From assembly GCA_964202565.1 (NCBI GenBank), contig CAXNJE010000001.1:315-64314 (forward strand): a stretch of DNA of 64,000 bases, read 5' to 3'. Made by a program: the position numbers and the translations under genes. The DNA comes from Breznakiellaceae bacterium (GTDB taxonomy: Bacteria; Spirochaetota; Spirochaetia; Treponematales; Breznakiellaceae). Positions 54,658 to 64,000 of the stretch are shown piece by piece (position 1 is the first letter of the stretch; each line of letters begins with the position of its first letter). A model generated the notes under the pieces. That model did no database searches. It saw nothing but the letters and a program-made list of their open reading frames with translations, and was not told the DNA's origin.

Positions 54658-57108
54658 ATGGAACGGACAGATTATCGCCTGGCGGCCATCCTTTATACGG
54701 ATATTGCCGGCTTCTCGAAAATGATGGAAAAAAACGAGGCTCTCACCCTTGAGTTGCTCCAGAAACACAACGACATAATCGAGGCTATCGTCGCAAAGAA
54801 GGGCGGTACGGTCATAAAGACCATAGGCGACGCCTTTCTGATCGATTTTCGGAATACCGTGGATGCCCTGCAGAGCGCCATTGACATCCAGTATCAGCTG
54901 TATGAGTACAATAAACTGCACCCGGAATTGCCCTTGCTGGTGCGTATCGGGGTACATCTGGGGGATATTTATTTCTACAAGAACGATGCCTTGGGTGAGG
55001 GGATCAATATCGCGGCGAGGCTCCAGTCCGTAGCACATCCGGGCTGCATCTGCATGTCCCACGATGTCTATAACCATGTGCTCAACAAGGTGGAGTTCAA
55101 GGCAGAGAAACTGGGACGGGTAAGTCTGAAGAATATTACCAAGGAAATACATGCCTACGAAATAGCGACGCCGAATATCGAGTTTGATCCCAATCGGGAT
55201 GCCCGGACGATACTGATACCCGACAAGGAAGAAAAAGCCGCATCCGAGACCGCCCTCGCAGCCTTGGTTCCTGCAGGTGGCGGACAAACGGCTACCATAA
55301 CGGCTGCCAAGCCCAGGGTAACACGAAAAGCGACCAAGACTTCCAGCGCCGGAGCAACGCCCCCGGATGTGTCGAATATTGCTGAAACCTCCGGTAGCGC
55401 CAGCGAAGCAAGTATTGCAGGCGAAAAGCAGAAACAGAAGCCCCTTGACGAGGATGCCCGGGCCAAGGACATCAAACGCCGGATAATGCTGGACATCAAA
55501 TCCGCCGGCAGGCGTCTGGGTGTGGACCAGATGCGCATACGTTACCGATCCGAAGGACAGCTGGCGATTTCGGTTATAGAAGATCTGGCGGCCAAGGGTT
55601 TTCTTCTTGGGGATGAGATTCCTTCGGAGGAATCGACCGAAAGTCCGGACTTGCGGGATGATATTGTACACACCGTAAACACCTTGGAGTATAGGATAGA
55701 GGACGAAATTCGCCGTGGCTTGAACGCGGCCTTTGCCCACCGGCGACAACGCCATGATGGGCGGGATGTCCGCGAAGAAATAAAGGTGAGGGTGCGGGGC
55801 CTGAAGGACGAAGTTGATGAGGATCGCCGTGGAGCCGGCAAGTGGGAACGCCGTTTGGACAAGTCGCGCTTCCGGAGCGCGGCGGACGGGCTGGTGGATT
55901 ATGAAAAATACGCGAAGAAAACCCGCAGCGAGGCCAGCTCCTCGATCGCCGGTTTTGTCGGTCACGCACTGAGTTTCATCGCTGTAAATGGTGTTCTTAT
56001 GGCCATCAACGCCTCCACCAGTCCCGGCTTCCCCTGGGCGCTCTTTCCTTTGGGTGGTTGGGGAATAGGTTTGCTTGAGCACCTGGTTTCGGTGATGAGA
56101 AAGACTGAAAAAGCCAAGGACCTGAAACACCTCCCCGAGCTGGATCCTGAGAAGCTCGAACTTTTTAAATCATTGCAGAAGAAAAAAGACGGATTCTGGA
56201 TGCACCTGTCATCCACCCTGACGACAACCTGCTTCCTGGCAGCCATAAACCTGATCACCTCACCCGGTTTCCTTTGGTTCCTGATTCCCGGCATAGGAAT
56301 GGCCATAGGTCTTTTCACCCATGCCGCTAGCTACGCCATGAAAAAGTCGGAACTGGAAAAAAGCCTGCTGGAATCCTTTGGTCTGAGCGGTTCCTGGGCT
56401 GGCGCGTTAAGGAATATGCCGGCTACGGCCAAGGTAGCGCCGGAAGATCTTGGACCCTACCAGCCCTTGGTTGACGAGGCCAAGGCCATACGCCTGTCCA
56501 TCATCGCGCAGACGGGAACGGGTTCGACCTCGGAGGCGGCAAAAAAAGGGAAAGGCACCCGCGCGGGCGAGAAAGGAAAGAACGTGAAAGGCAAGGGAGC
56601 TTCGTCCGGTTTCGGTGCGGCTTGGGATGGGGATCTTCTGCCCACGCTGGATTCGTACGTCGAACAAATCGGCCTGCTTGCGAAGCGGACCTACGAGGTA
56701 GACAGGATCATCGACCTGATTCCCATGGATGCGTTGGGAAAGGACAAGGCCGACCTGGCCCTGAAAATGGAAGAAGCTGTGGGCGTGGGGCTGAAAAAGG
56801 AATACGAAAAATCGCTGGCAGAGATTGAAAAGCAGGAAAAATCCTTTGCCGAATTGAAGGAACAACAGGAACTCATGGAATTGAGGCTCCGATCGTCGGT
56901 GAACACCATGAAGCAGATGCGCATAGACCTGGCCCGACTGTCCGGCATGCCCGCCGGGGGCGAAAACGCCCCGCTGAATGCCATCCGTGATAAAACGGTG
57001 GAGCTAAACCACTATTTGGATGATTTGAAAGCGGGCTACGAGGAATTGGACCGGCTGGAAGCCTTGGCTCTTCCCGCAGCCGTTGGCGGGGATGAGGAAG
57101 AGGATTAG
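54658..57108 (+). CDS. class III adenylate/guanylate cyclase fused to two 2-TM modules and a C-terminal coiled coil
   Basis: Cyclase motifs AILYTDIAGFS, KTIGDAFL and GEGINIAARL. Two homologous hydrophobic pairs (AINASTSPGFPWALFPLGGWGIGLLEH and AINLITSPGFLWFLIPGIGMAIGLFTH). Confidence 0.8.
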   Translation: MERTDYRLAAILYTDIAGFSKMMEKNEALTLELLQKHNDIIEAIVAKKGGTVIKTIGDAFLIDFRNTVDALQSAIDIQYQLYEYNKLHPELPLLVRIGVHLGDIYFYKNDALGEGINIAARLQSVAHPGCICMSHDVYNHVLNKVEFKAEKLGRVSLKNITKEIHAYEIATPNIEFDPNRDARTILIPDKEEKAASETALAALVPAGGGQTATITAAKPRVTRKATKTSSAGATPPDVSNIAETSGSASEASIAGEKQKQKPLDEDARAKDIKRRIMLDIKSAGRRLGVDQMRIRYRSEGQLAISVIEDLAAKGFLLGDEIPSEESTESPDLRDDIVHTVNTLEYRIEDEIRRGLNAAFAHRRQRHDGRDVREEIKVRVRGLKDEVDEDRRGAGKWERRLDKSRFRSAADGLVDYEKYAKKTRSEASSSIAGFVGHALSFIAVNGVLMAINASTSPGFPWALFPLGGWGIGLLEHLVSVMRKTEKAKDLKHLPELDPEKLELFKSLQKKKDGFWMHLSSTLTTTCFLAAINLITSPGFLWFLIPGIGMAIGLFTHAASYAMKKSELEKSLLESFGLSGSWAGALRNMPATAKVAPEDLGPYQPLVDEAKAIRLSIIAQTGTGSTSEAAKKGKGTRAGEKGKNVKGKGASSGFGAAWDGDLLPTLDSYVEQIGLLAKRTYEVDRIIDLIPMDALGKDKADLALKMEEAVGVGLKKEYEKSLAEIEKQEKSFAELKEQQELMELRLRSSVNTMKQMRIDLARLSGMPAGGENAPLNAIRDKTVELNHYLDDLKAGYEELDRLEALALPAAVGGDEEED

Positions 57109-57129
57109 ACCGGATCCCACGCCACGGGT

Positions 57130-58113
57130 GTGGAAATTTATGGGGTGTACGGCATGCTACCGGTTTTTGAACCATTCTTGCGCTCGACCCAAGCACATGT
57201 GGCTTATAACGCCGCGAGTACCCTGAAGGTCTCCAACCTTGATGATTATTATGAACGCCTGCTACTCGATGATAGGATTGTCTCCCTTGTATCCAGACTT
57301 GCGGCCTGGCCCGGACCCGTCCTGAGCAGTCATAAAAGCGCGCAGCAATTTTTCCATATATTGGCATTCGTCGCCGATCTTGGTCTCTCTGTCGAGTATC
57401 CGGGAGTCCGTGATGTCATACAAAAGGTTCTTTCATGCCGGGATGAAGAGGGTATTCCCTGCCTGCCCATGAACATCGGGAAAGCCTATGGTGGGAACGG
57501 AGGGGAAATCCGTGCCTGGGCTTTGTGCGACGCACCGACAACTATGTATGCCCTGCTGAAATTGGGTTTTATCGATGAGGGGCTGAGGCAGGCGATCGGC
57601 TATCTTTCAGGAAAAACCTTGGAACGTGGCTGGCCCTGCGTCGTATCCAAGGAACTGGGAAGCTGGCGCGGACCTGGCAAGAAAACGGATCCCTGCCCCT
57701 ACGCCACCCTGATCATGACAAAGCTGTTGATTCAGAGCGACCCGGCAGGGTACGCGGATAAGATTAGACACGGGGCCGACTGCCTTCTGGATCTATGGGA
57801 AAACAGTCTGGACCAGCATCCCTATATTTTCTACATGGGAAATGATTTCAGGAAGTTGAAGCTGCCCTTCATCTGGTACGACATCCTGCACGTTGTCGAA
57901 GTACTGAGCAGGATCGATTCGTGCTGGTCCGACAGGCGCTTTCTGCAAATGGTGGAACTCATCAATGCGAAGGGAACAACCGGCATCGGTTTCGTACCGG
58001 AATCGGTGTACCAGGTGTGGAAGGATTGGGACTTTGGCCAGAAGAAAAAACCATCCGAATGGATGGCGTTCTGTGTCGCAAGGATCAATGCGAGAAAACC
58101 CGCACGTCCCTGA
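57130..58113 (+). CDS. hypothetical protein (possibly alpha/alpha-toroid, prenyltransferase-like)
   Basis: 327-aa ORF with a GTG start at 57130 or an ATG at 57154. Only vague resemblance to terpenoid-cyclase/prenyltransferase repeats. Confidence 0.45.
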   Translation: MEIYGVYGMLPVFEPFLRSTQAHVAYNAASTLKVSNLDDYYERLLLDDRIVSLVSRLAAWPGPVLSSHKSAQQFFHILAFVADLGLSVEYPGVRDVIQKVLSCRDEEGIPCLPMNIGKAYGGNGGEIRAWALCDAPTTMYALLKLGFIDEGLRQAIGYLSGKTLERGWPCVVSKELGSWRGPGKKTDPCPYATLIMTKLLIQSDPAGYADKIRHGADCLLDLWENSLDQHPYIFYMGNDFRKLKLPFIWYDILHVVEVLSRIDSCWSDRRFLQMVELINAKGTTGIGFVPESVYQVWKDWDFGQKKKPSEWMAFCVARINARKPARP

Positions 58114-58143
58114 CGGAACGCGCGGGTTTGAAAGGGCAGCCTA

Positions 58144-60003
58144 TTATCTGGACAACAACCTGTTCATGCGCTGCACGAAGTCGGCGGGATCCTTGAGTTT
58201 GATGCCTTCCACCAAGAGGGCCTGGTCCAGGAGAACGCCGGCAACGTCGGCGATGCGGGCTTCGTCTTCCACATCCTGAAGGCCTGCAAGGATGGGGTGG
58301 TCGCCGTTTACTTCCAGGATGGGTTTGACGTCGGGCAGTTCGGTCTGGCCCATGGCGCGCATCATCTGGGCAAACTGGATGGACGGGTCGTTCTCGTCGG
58401 CCACGATGCAGGAGGGCGAATCGTGGAGGCGACGGGAAAGCTTGACGTCCTTCACCCGGTCGCCAAGGGCTTTCTTGAGCCTGTCTACAAGGGGCTTCAG
58501 GCGCTTCTCGGCGTCCTTATCCTTCTTTTCACCCAGTTCCTCGTCTGCCCCGGCGCGGTTCACCGATTTTAGCTCTAAATCCTTGAACTTCCCGATGGCG
58601 GGCGTGACGATCTCGTCGATGTCATCGTCCATGACCAGGACTTCGATATCCTTGGCCTTGTAGGCTTCCAGCAGGGGGGAGGCCTTGAGGGTTTTCTCAT
58701 CGCCGCCGGTGATGTAGTAGATGGACTTCTGGTCGCTCTTCATGCGGTCCACGTATTCGGCAAGGCTGGTGCGTCCTTCCACGGCTGAACTTTTGAAGCG
58801 TACCAGTTCGAGTATCGCGTCCTTGTTGGAGAAATCCTGGTACAGGCCTTCCTTGAGGGGGCGGTTGTACTGGCTGATGAAGGTTTCCCACTTGTCCTTG
58901 TCGTTGTCCGCGATGGACTTGAACTCACCCAGCAGTTTCTTTACCGAACCGTTCTTTATGTTGAGCAGGACCCGGTTTTGCTGCAGTATCTCACGGCTTA
59001 CATTGAGGGGAAGATCTTCTGAATCGATGACGCCCCGCACGAAACGCAGCCAGGTGGGCATGAGTTCCTTGTCGTCGTCGGTTATGAAGACGCGCTTGAC
59101 GTAGAGCTTTACCCCCGCCTTGTAGTCCACGTTGTACAGATCGAAAGGTGCCTTTTTGGGGACGTAGAAGAGCGTGGCGTATTCGAGGCTGCCTTCTGCC
59201 TTGGTGTGCACATAATGGAGCGGTTCTTCCGTGTCGTGGGAAATCTGCTTGTAGAACTCGGCGTAATCCTCGTCCTTAAGCTCGCTCTTGGAACGGCGCC
59301 AGATGGCGCTTCCCGAATTGATCTGGTCGACCTTGCGTTTTGAACCTTTTTCCTTACCCTTGTCGTCCCATTCCTTCTCGTCGTAGTGGAGGTAGATGGG
59401 GAAGGCTACATGGTTGGAATAGCGTTTCACTACATCTTCGATGGACCAGCGGTTTGCGTATTCGAGGCCTTCCTCGTTCAGGTGGAGCAGGATGGTGGTT
59501 CCTTGTCCTTCGCGGGTAGCGCCCTCCAGCTCGAAGCCTTCCTTGCCGTCGCTGGTCCATTTCCAGGCGCTTTCCTCGCCGGCTTTCCGGGTGACAACCT
59601 CGATCTTGTCCGCCACCATGAAGGCGGAATAGAAGCCCACGCCGAACTGGCCAATCAGGTTCGAGTCCTTTTTCGCATCGGCGCTGAGTTTTTCCAGGAA
59701 GTTGCGGGTGCCTGAGCGCGCAATGGTACCCAAATGCTCGATGAGGTCCGCCTCGTTCATGCCGATACCGCTATCGGAGATGGTGATGGTCTTGGCGTCC
59801 TTGTCGAAGGAAATGTCGATGCGGGGGTCGAAAACGAGTGACTTGTACGCGTCGTCGGCCACGGTCAGGTATTTGAGCTTGTCCAGCGCGTCCGATGCGT
59901 TGGACACCAGCTCGCGAAGGAAAATCTCGCGGTGCGAGTACAGGGAATGGATGATGAGGTGAAGCAGTCTGCTTACCTCGGTCTGAAATTGGTGTACGGC
60001 CAT
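58144..60003 (-). CDS. htpG: molecular chaperone HtpG (Hsp90)
   Basis: N-terminus FQTEVSRLLHLIIHSLYSHREIFLRELVSNASDALDK. 619 aa. AAGGAG upstream. Confidence 0.9.
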   Translation of the reverse strand: MAVHQFQTEVSRLLHLIIHSLYSHREIFLRELVSNASDALDKLKYLTVADDAYKSLVFDPRIDISFDKDAKTITISDSGIGMNEADLIEHLGTIARSGTRNFLEKLSADAKKDSNLIGQFGVGFYSAFMVADKIEVVTRKAGEESAWKWTSDGKEGFELEGATREGQGTTILLHLNEEGLEYANRWSIEDVVKRYSNHVAFPIYLHYDEKEWDDKGKEKGSKRKVDQINSGSAIWRRSKSELKDEDYAEFYKQISHDTEEPLHYVHTKAEGSLEYATLFYVPKKAPFDLYNVDYKAGVKLYVKRVFITDDDKELMPTWLRFVRGVIDSEDLPLNVSREILQQNRVLLNIKNGSVKKLLGEFKSIADNDKDKWETFISQYNRPLKEGLYQDFSNKDAILELVRFKSSAVEGRTSLAEYVDRMKSDQKSIYYITGGDEKTLKASPLLEAYKAKDIEVLVMDDDIDEIVTPAIGKFKDLELKSVNRAGADEELGEKKDKDAEKRLKPLVDRLKKALGDRVKDVKLSRRLHDSPSCIVADENDPSIQFAQMMRAMGQTELPDVKPILEVNGDHPILAGLQDVEDEARIADVAGVLLDQALLVEGIKLKDPADFVQRMNRLLSR

Positions 60004-60108
60004 GTTTGGAAGACTCCTTGTCCTTAGCGTGGAATATAGATTGGAAGATACTGATGACAGGGGACCGACGGCAAGAGCGACCGGAGCGTATGGGATAAAA
60101 AAGGGGGA

Positions 60109-61686
60109 TTAATGGCCCGGCACTTGCAGGAAGCCGGGGTTTAGGAGGAATTCAACCTTGAACCGTACCGGCGGACCGCTTTCAGCTTCCCACGAACCGA
60201 ACAGCTGCGAAACCAGGGCATCCACCAAGCGCAGACCAAGACCGTTCGTTTCCCGGAAGCCTTCAGGGAGGGGCGGCCCTTCATTTTCTACTGCCAGCAC
60301 GAGCTTTGGCCCTTTCTTGGTCAGGGATATGAAGACCCTGCCCTTGGTACCATATTTGTAGGCATTGGTGAGCAACTCCGTGAGGATGAGGCCTATAGGC
60401 ATGGCCTCTTTCGAACTCAGGTCGACATCATCCACAGAAATCTCGGGAATCGCCCCCCCTTCCCCCAGGGTAACATAGATGTAGGTGACCAAGTCCTGTA
60501 TATACGGACCGGCCTCGATGTGATCCATGTCCTTTCCCCTGTACAGTTTCTCATGGATGAGTGAGATGGAATGGATGCGCTTGGCCAATTGTGAGAAGGC
60601 TGCCTCGAAGCGGGTTCCTTGGGCGTCCACGGACTGGAGGGATACGATGCTCTCCACTACCGTAAGGTTGTTTTTGACGCGATGGTGGATTTCCCGGAGG
60701 AGTATATCCTTGGCTTCCACAGAGGCGGCCAGGAGGGCTTCCGCCTTTTTCCGCTCGGCGATCTCGATGGTCAGGCTTTTTGCCAATCGTGCGAGGTTCC
60801 TGCGCTTGTCGATGTAGGCTGAAAAAAGGAAGGCGGCTGTCAGTGAAACGATCAACGAGGCGATAATCACAGAATTTCTGTGGAACACATACTTGCCCTC
60901 GTCTACGGAAGCCAAAGCCAGAATCCAGGTGGAGTTTGGGAGGTTGATTTCCGTGAAGACCGGATCGACCAGGGGAAGCGTATCCGAGGATGCGATGATG
61001 CTTGGTATTGCGGATTCCGAATTTCCGCTTGTTTTGGATGGAAGGGCCGAGAGCGACCAGTTATAACCCCTACCTTCAAAGGACGAGAGTTCGCTGGCTT
61101 TCAATAGGGGCTCCAGCTTGATTACCGAGACGGCAAAGCCCCAGAATTTATCGGTTCCCGCCTGCTTCGGATCGGGGATGAAAACCGGGTAGCGGGCTGT
61201 CAATCCGAGGTCCCCCACTGCGAGCTCGTAAGGCCCTGTGACTATGAGCGAGCGGGTGTCGCGGGCACGTATGGCATCTTCCCGGCGAAGGGGATCGTTT
61301 AGTAGATCGAGACCGATTGCCCCCAGATTGCCTTCCCGGGGATAGATGTACGAAACGATTCCATTGGGTGCGATGGAAATATGGTAGATGAGCGGCCAAC
61401 GTTCGATCAGGCGTTTTGCGTGTTGTTCGAATGCATTTCCCGTTTTTTCGAATTCCGGGTTCAATTCGATAAGGCCGCTGAATGAGTACGCAGCGGCGAA
61501 TAGGGGTTCCATCAAACCAGCGATTGCCCTGCCTTCGGCCCTGCCCAACTCCGCCAGGCGGGCAATATGATCGCTGTGGTCCCGCTCGATGAACCCTATG
61601 GAAAGAGCAGCAAAAGTTGTGGCTAAAAGGACCCAGGTGCAGAGGAAGATGAGAATTCTGGAAAACAGGCTGTTTTTAATCATCAC
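60109..61686 (-). CDS. sensor histidine kinase (HisKA_2 type) with periplasmic sensor domain
   Basis: H-box EIHHRVKNNL, two TM helices flanking a ~250-aa extracytoplasmic domain, and HATPase_c motifs. No adjacent response regulator. Confidence 0.75.
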   Translation of the reverse strand: MMIKNSLFSRILIFLCTWVLLATTFAALSIGFIERDHSDHIARLAELGRAEGRAIAGLMEPLFAAAYSFSGLIELNPEFEKTGNAFEQHAKRLIERWPLIYHISIAPNGIVSYIYPREGNLGAIGLDLLNDPLRREDAIRARDTRSLIVTGPYELAVGDLGLTARYPVFIPDPKQAGTDKFWGFAVSVIKLEPLLKASELSSFEGRGYNWSLSALPSKTSGNSESAIPSIIASSDTLPLVDPVFTEINLPNSTWILALASVDEGKYVFHRNSVIIASLIVSLTAAFLFSAYIDKRRNLARLAKSLTIEIAERKKAEALLAASVEAKDILLREIHHRVKNNLTVVESIVSLQSVDAQGTRFEAAFSQLAKRIHSISLIHEKLYRGKDMDHIEAGPYIQDLVTYIYVTLGEGGAIPEISVDDVDLSSKEAMPIGLILTELLTNAYKYGTKGRVFISLTKKGPKLVLAVENEGPPLPEGFRETNGLGLRLVDALVSQLFGSWEAESGPPVRFKVEFLLNPGFLQVPGH

Positions 61687-61738
61687 TTCTTAGCATACAA
61701 GCGTTTTCCGATTCCCGATAGTATTATTTTCCCCCATT

Positions 61739-61754
61739 TTTGACCTGGGTCAAA
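61739..61754. promoter_or_regulatory. palindrome upstream of the metal-efflux genes (candidate operator)
   Basis: TTTGACC-TG-GGTCAAA, about 60 nt upstream of the CopZ-like ATG. Confidence 0.3.
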
Positions 61755-61812
61755 GCTTTGTTGTTTGGTGCATGATTACTATACAGGTACGATATTCCAC
61801 AGGAGGAAACGA

Positions 61813-62028
61813 ATGAAAGAAACAAGCTACCAGTTGGAAACCCTTACCTGCCCAAGCTGCATGGCCAAGATCGGGGGAATGCTAAAAAAGACGGCGGGCA
61901 TCAAGGAATCCGAAGTACTGTTCAACTCGTCCCGGGTCAAGGTGACCTTCGACGAGAGCATCGTCGACTCAGCTGCCATCAAGGCTAGCATTGGCCAGCT
62001 GGGTTACCAAGTCCTGAGCGAGAAATAA
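61813..62028 (+). CDS. heavy-metal-associated (HMA) domain metallochaperone, CopZ-like
   Basis: The ATG at 61813 is preceded by AGGAGG. Metal-binding motif LTCPSC. Confidence 0.75.
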   Translation: MKETSYQLETLTCPSCMAKIGGMLKKTAGIKESEVLFNSSRVKVTFDESIVDSAAIKASIGQLGYQVLSEK

Positions 62029-62066
62029 GGGAGAACCCGGAAAAAATATGAGAAAAAGGGTGCCGC

Positions 62067-63944
62067 ATGTTTAAAATGACGAAAACGCAGATTATCGTAG
62101 TGTCGGGGATACTCGTGTCCCTTTCCTTCGTACTCAAGCAAGCCCTTGGCTACGCGCCTGCCACCATCATCGCCATGCTCGCCACGACACTCGTTGCCGG
62201 CACCCCCATTTTCCTGAAAGCCTTTGGCGCATTGCGCTACCGTATAGTAGGAATCGACGCCCTGGTAACCATAGCCGTCATCGGGGCGCTCGCCATAGGT
62301 GAATACTGGGAGGCGGCGGCCGTCACCTTCCTGTTCATGTTCGGCGATTATCTTGAAGCGCGGACCATAGAGAAAACCCGGTCCTCCATAAAGGCCTTGC
62401 TGGACCTTGCACCCGACAGTGCCAGGGTCCGCAGGGACGGTAAGGAAATCGTGGTGAGCCCCGGTGAGGTGGTGAAGGGCGACCTGGTCGTGCTGAAACC
62501 TGGAGAAAAGATCTCCGTGGACGGCACTGTCAGGGAAGGTTCGGCCTACGTCAACCAGGCCGCCATTACCGGAGAGGCGGTTCCCCTGCACAAGCTTGAG
62601 GCCGATCAGGTCTTTTCCGGTACCATCATCGAATCCGGGTACCTTATAGTCGTCGCCGACCGCGTTGGGGACGATACGACCTTTGCCAGAATCCTTCACC
62701 TGGTGGAGGACGCCCAGGACAAGAAAGCCAAAACCCAGAAATTTCTGGAAAAATTCTCGCGCTTCTACACCCCGGCGGTCATTGTACTGTCCATTATCGC
62801 CTTTTTGGTTACCAGGAATGTGGTGTTGGCGCTTACCCTGCTGGTCATTGCCTGTCCGGGTGCCCTGGTGATTTCGGCGCCCGTATCCATAGTCGCCGGC
62901 ATAGGCAACGGCGCCAAGCACGGCGTGTTGGTTAAGGGTGGCGATATCATGGAAAAACTGGGCACCATCAAGGTGGTGGCCTTTGACAAGACGGGGACCC
63001 TCACCATCGGCCGGCCGGTAGTCGCCGCCATCAAGGTGTTTGGCATGGCGGAGGATGAACTGTTGCGCATGGCTGCCATCGGCGAGTCCTACTCGGAACA
63101 TCCCCTGGCTAAAGCCATAGTGAAGGAGGCTGAAGCCAGGCTCGGCAAAGTCCACGACGTACCCGAAGACACCCGCCTGATCATGGGGCAGGGGCTGGAG
63201 TTCACCCTGGAAGGAAAAACCTGGCTGCTGGGCAACCGCAAGTTGTTCGCTTCCCACGGTGTTGATATTGGTGAGCAGGAACCTTGGCTGGATGCGGAGG
63301 AGCGGAAGGCCCGCACCGCCGTCATGGTGGGAGACACCATGAAAGTTTTCGGCGTCATATCCATTTCTGATGTGGTAAGGGACGATGCCAAGCGGCTGGT
63401 GCGCGAGCTCAAGTCGTTGGGCATACGGAAAGTGTTCATGCTCACCGGGGACAACGATCATTCAGCGGGGGTCATCGCCGGCGAGCTCGGTCTGGACGGG
63501 TATTTCGCGGAATTGCTTCCGGACGGCAAAGTAAGCGCCCTTAAGGAACTGCAAAAGAAATACGGCAGGATCGCCATGGTGGGTGACGGGGTGAACGACG
63601 CCCCCGCGCTGGCTTCCGCCGATCTGGGTATTGCCATGGGTGGAATGGGCGCGGACGTGGCGATGGAAACCGCCGATGTGGTGCTCATGTCCGCGGATAT
63701 ACGGAAACTTTCTTACGCCGTGGGCCTGAGCCGGGCGACGGTACGCAACATGAAACAGAACATAGCCTTTGCCCTGTTGGTCGCCGCGCTGCTCCTGGCG
63801 GGGGTGTTGGTCAAAACCGTAAACCTGTCCTTCGGCATGCTCATCCACGAGCTTTCGGTCCTGCTGGTGATCATCAACGCGGTGAGGTTGCTTGGCTATG
63901 GAAATAGGGCACGCAGAAAAGAAGCGAAAGCTGTTCTATACTGA
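62067..63944 (+). CDS. heavy-metal-translocating P1B-type ATPase lacking an N-terminal HMA domain
   Basis: Motifs DKTGTLT, TGDN and GDGVNDAPAL. TM metal motif ACPGALV (CPG rather than CPC) and late TM motif HELSVLLVIINAVRLL. Confidence 0.85.
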   Translation: MFKMTKTQIIVVSGILVSLSFVLKQALGYAPATIIAMLATTLVAGTPIFLKAFGALRYRIVGIDALVTIAVIGALAIGEYWEAAAVTFLFMFGDYLEARTIEKTRSSIKALLDLAPDSARVRRDGKEIVVSPGEVVKGDLVVLKPGEKISVDGTVREGSAYVNQAAITGEAVPLHKLEADQVFSGTIIESGYLIVVADRVGDDTTFARILHLVEDAQDKKAKTQKFLEKFSRFYTPAVIVLSIIAFLVTRNVVLALTLLVIACPGALVISAPVSIVAGIGNGAKHGVLVKGGDIMEKLGTIKVVAFDKTGTLTIGRPVVAAIKVFGMAEDELLRMAAIGESYSEHPLAKAIVKEAEARLGKVHDVPEDTRLIMGQGLEFTLEGKTWLLGNRKLFASHGVDIGEQEPWLDAEERKARTAVMVGDTMKVFGVISISDVVRDDAKRLVRELKSLGIRKVFMLTGDNDHSAGVIAGELGLDGYFAELLPDGKVSALKELQKKYGRIAMVGDGVNDAPALASADLGIAMGGMGADVAMETADVVLMSADIRKLSYAVGLSRATVRNMKQNIAFALLVAALLLAGVLVKTVNLSFGMLIHELSVLLVIINAVRLLGYGNRARRKEAKAVLY

Positions 63945-64000
63945 CCTGGGGTGTATAGATGGCTTGTGCGTGTACAAAGTGCGGACAATATAATTGCATA

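Noticed and set aside
54499-56130. 543-aa ORF antisense to the adenylate cyclase gene.
   Set aside because: It is opposite a gene with unambiguous cyclase motifs. It has no recognisable motifs and a skewed composition, so I treat it as a shadow ORF.
62004-63461. 485-aa ORF antisense to the P1B ATPase. Similar long antisense ORFs occur at 25492-26436, 36437-37276 and 37374-38369.
   Set aside because: Each overlaps a confidently identified gene (ATPase, serA, ppk) on the other strand and has no motifs of its own.

Overview
This 64 kb window is gene-dense and moderately high in GC. I call about 52 protein-coding genes and find no rRNA, tRNA, transposase, integrase, CRISPR array or recognisable defence system. 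All family assignments rest on motifs read by eye, and no searches were run.

The content is mostly core anaerobe metabolism and signalling:
- ptb plus a four-subunit 2-oxoacid:ferredoxin oxidoreductase.
- A glycerol-3-phosphate-dehydrogenase-like FAD trio (FAD oxidoreductase, pyridine-nucleotide oxidoreductase, DUF1667).
- thrC and a rex-serC-serA block.
- A glycogen/maltodextrin block: radical SAM gene, malQ, a 1295-aa GH13-like enzyme and an HD-domain protein.
- A partial regulatory PTS: ptsN, and hprK-ptsH packed with a sensor kinase, a sigma-54 activator, lexA and holA.
- A GH63-like gene, ROK glucokinase, ppx and ppk1 in series.
- radA, htpG, two RRM RNA-binding proteins, a class III adenylate cyclase, and a CopZ-like protein with a P1B ATPase.

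The partial PTS without EI/EII, Rex, RRM proteins and relaxed lipoboxes suggest a spirochaete-like anaerobe, but that is inference only.

The observations most worth follow-up:
1. An 818-aa fusion of a GatB-like module and an asparaginase-like module, in which several catalytic motifs look substituted in both halves.
2. A 380-bp hairpin-rich non-coding stretch that ends in a strong intrinsic terminator immediately upstream of the radical SAM gene. I could not assign it to any RNA class.
3. An array of TTCC-N3-GGAA palindromes embedded in imperfect direct repeats, abutting the -35 element of the cyclase gene.
4. A positionally conserved hairpin in the long 5' leaders of the two paralogous RRM genes.
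5. Promoter geometry implying leaderless mRNAs for four regulatory genes.
6. A perfect Rex-box palindrome placed at the rex promoter.

I did not find a clear-cut novel multi-gene system.
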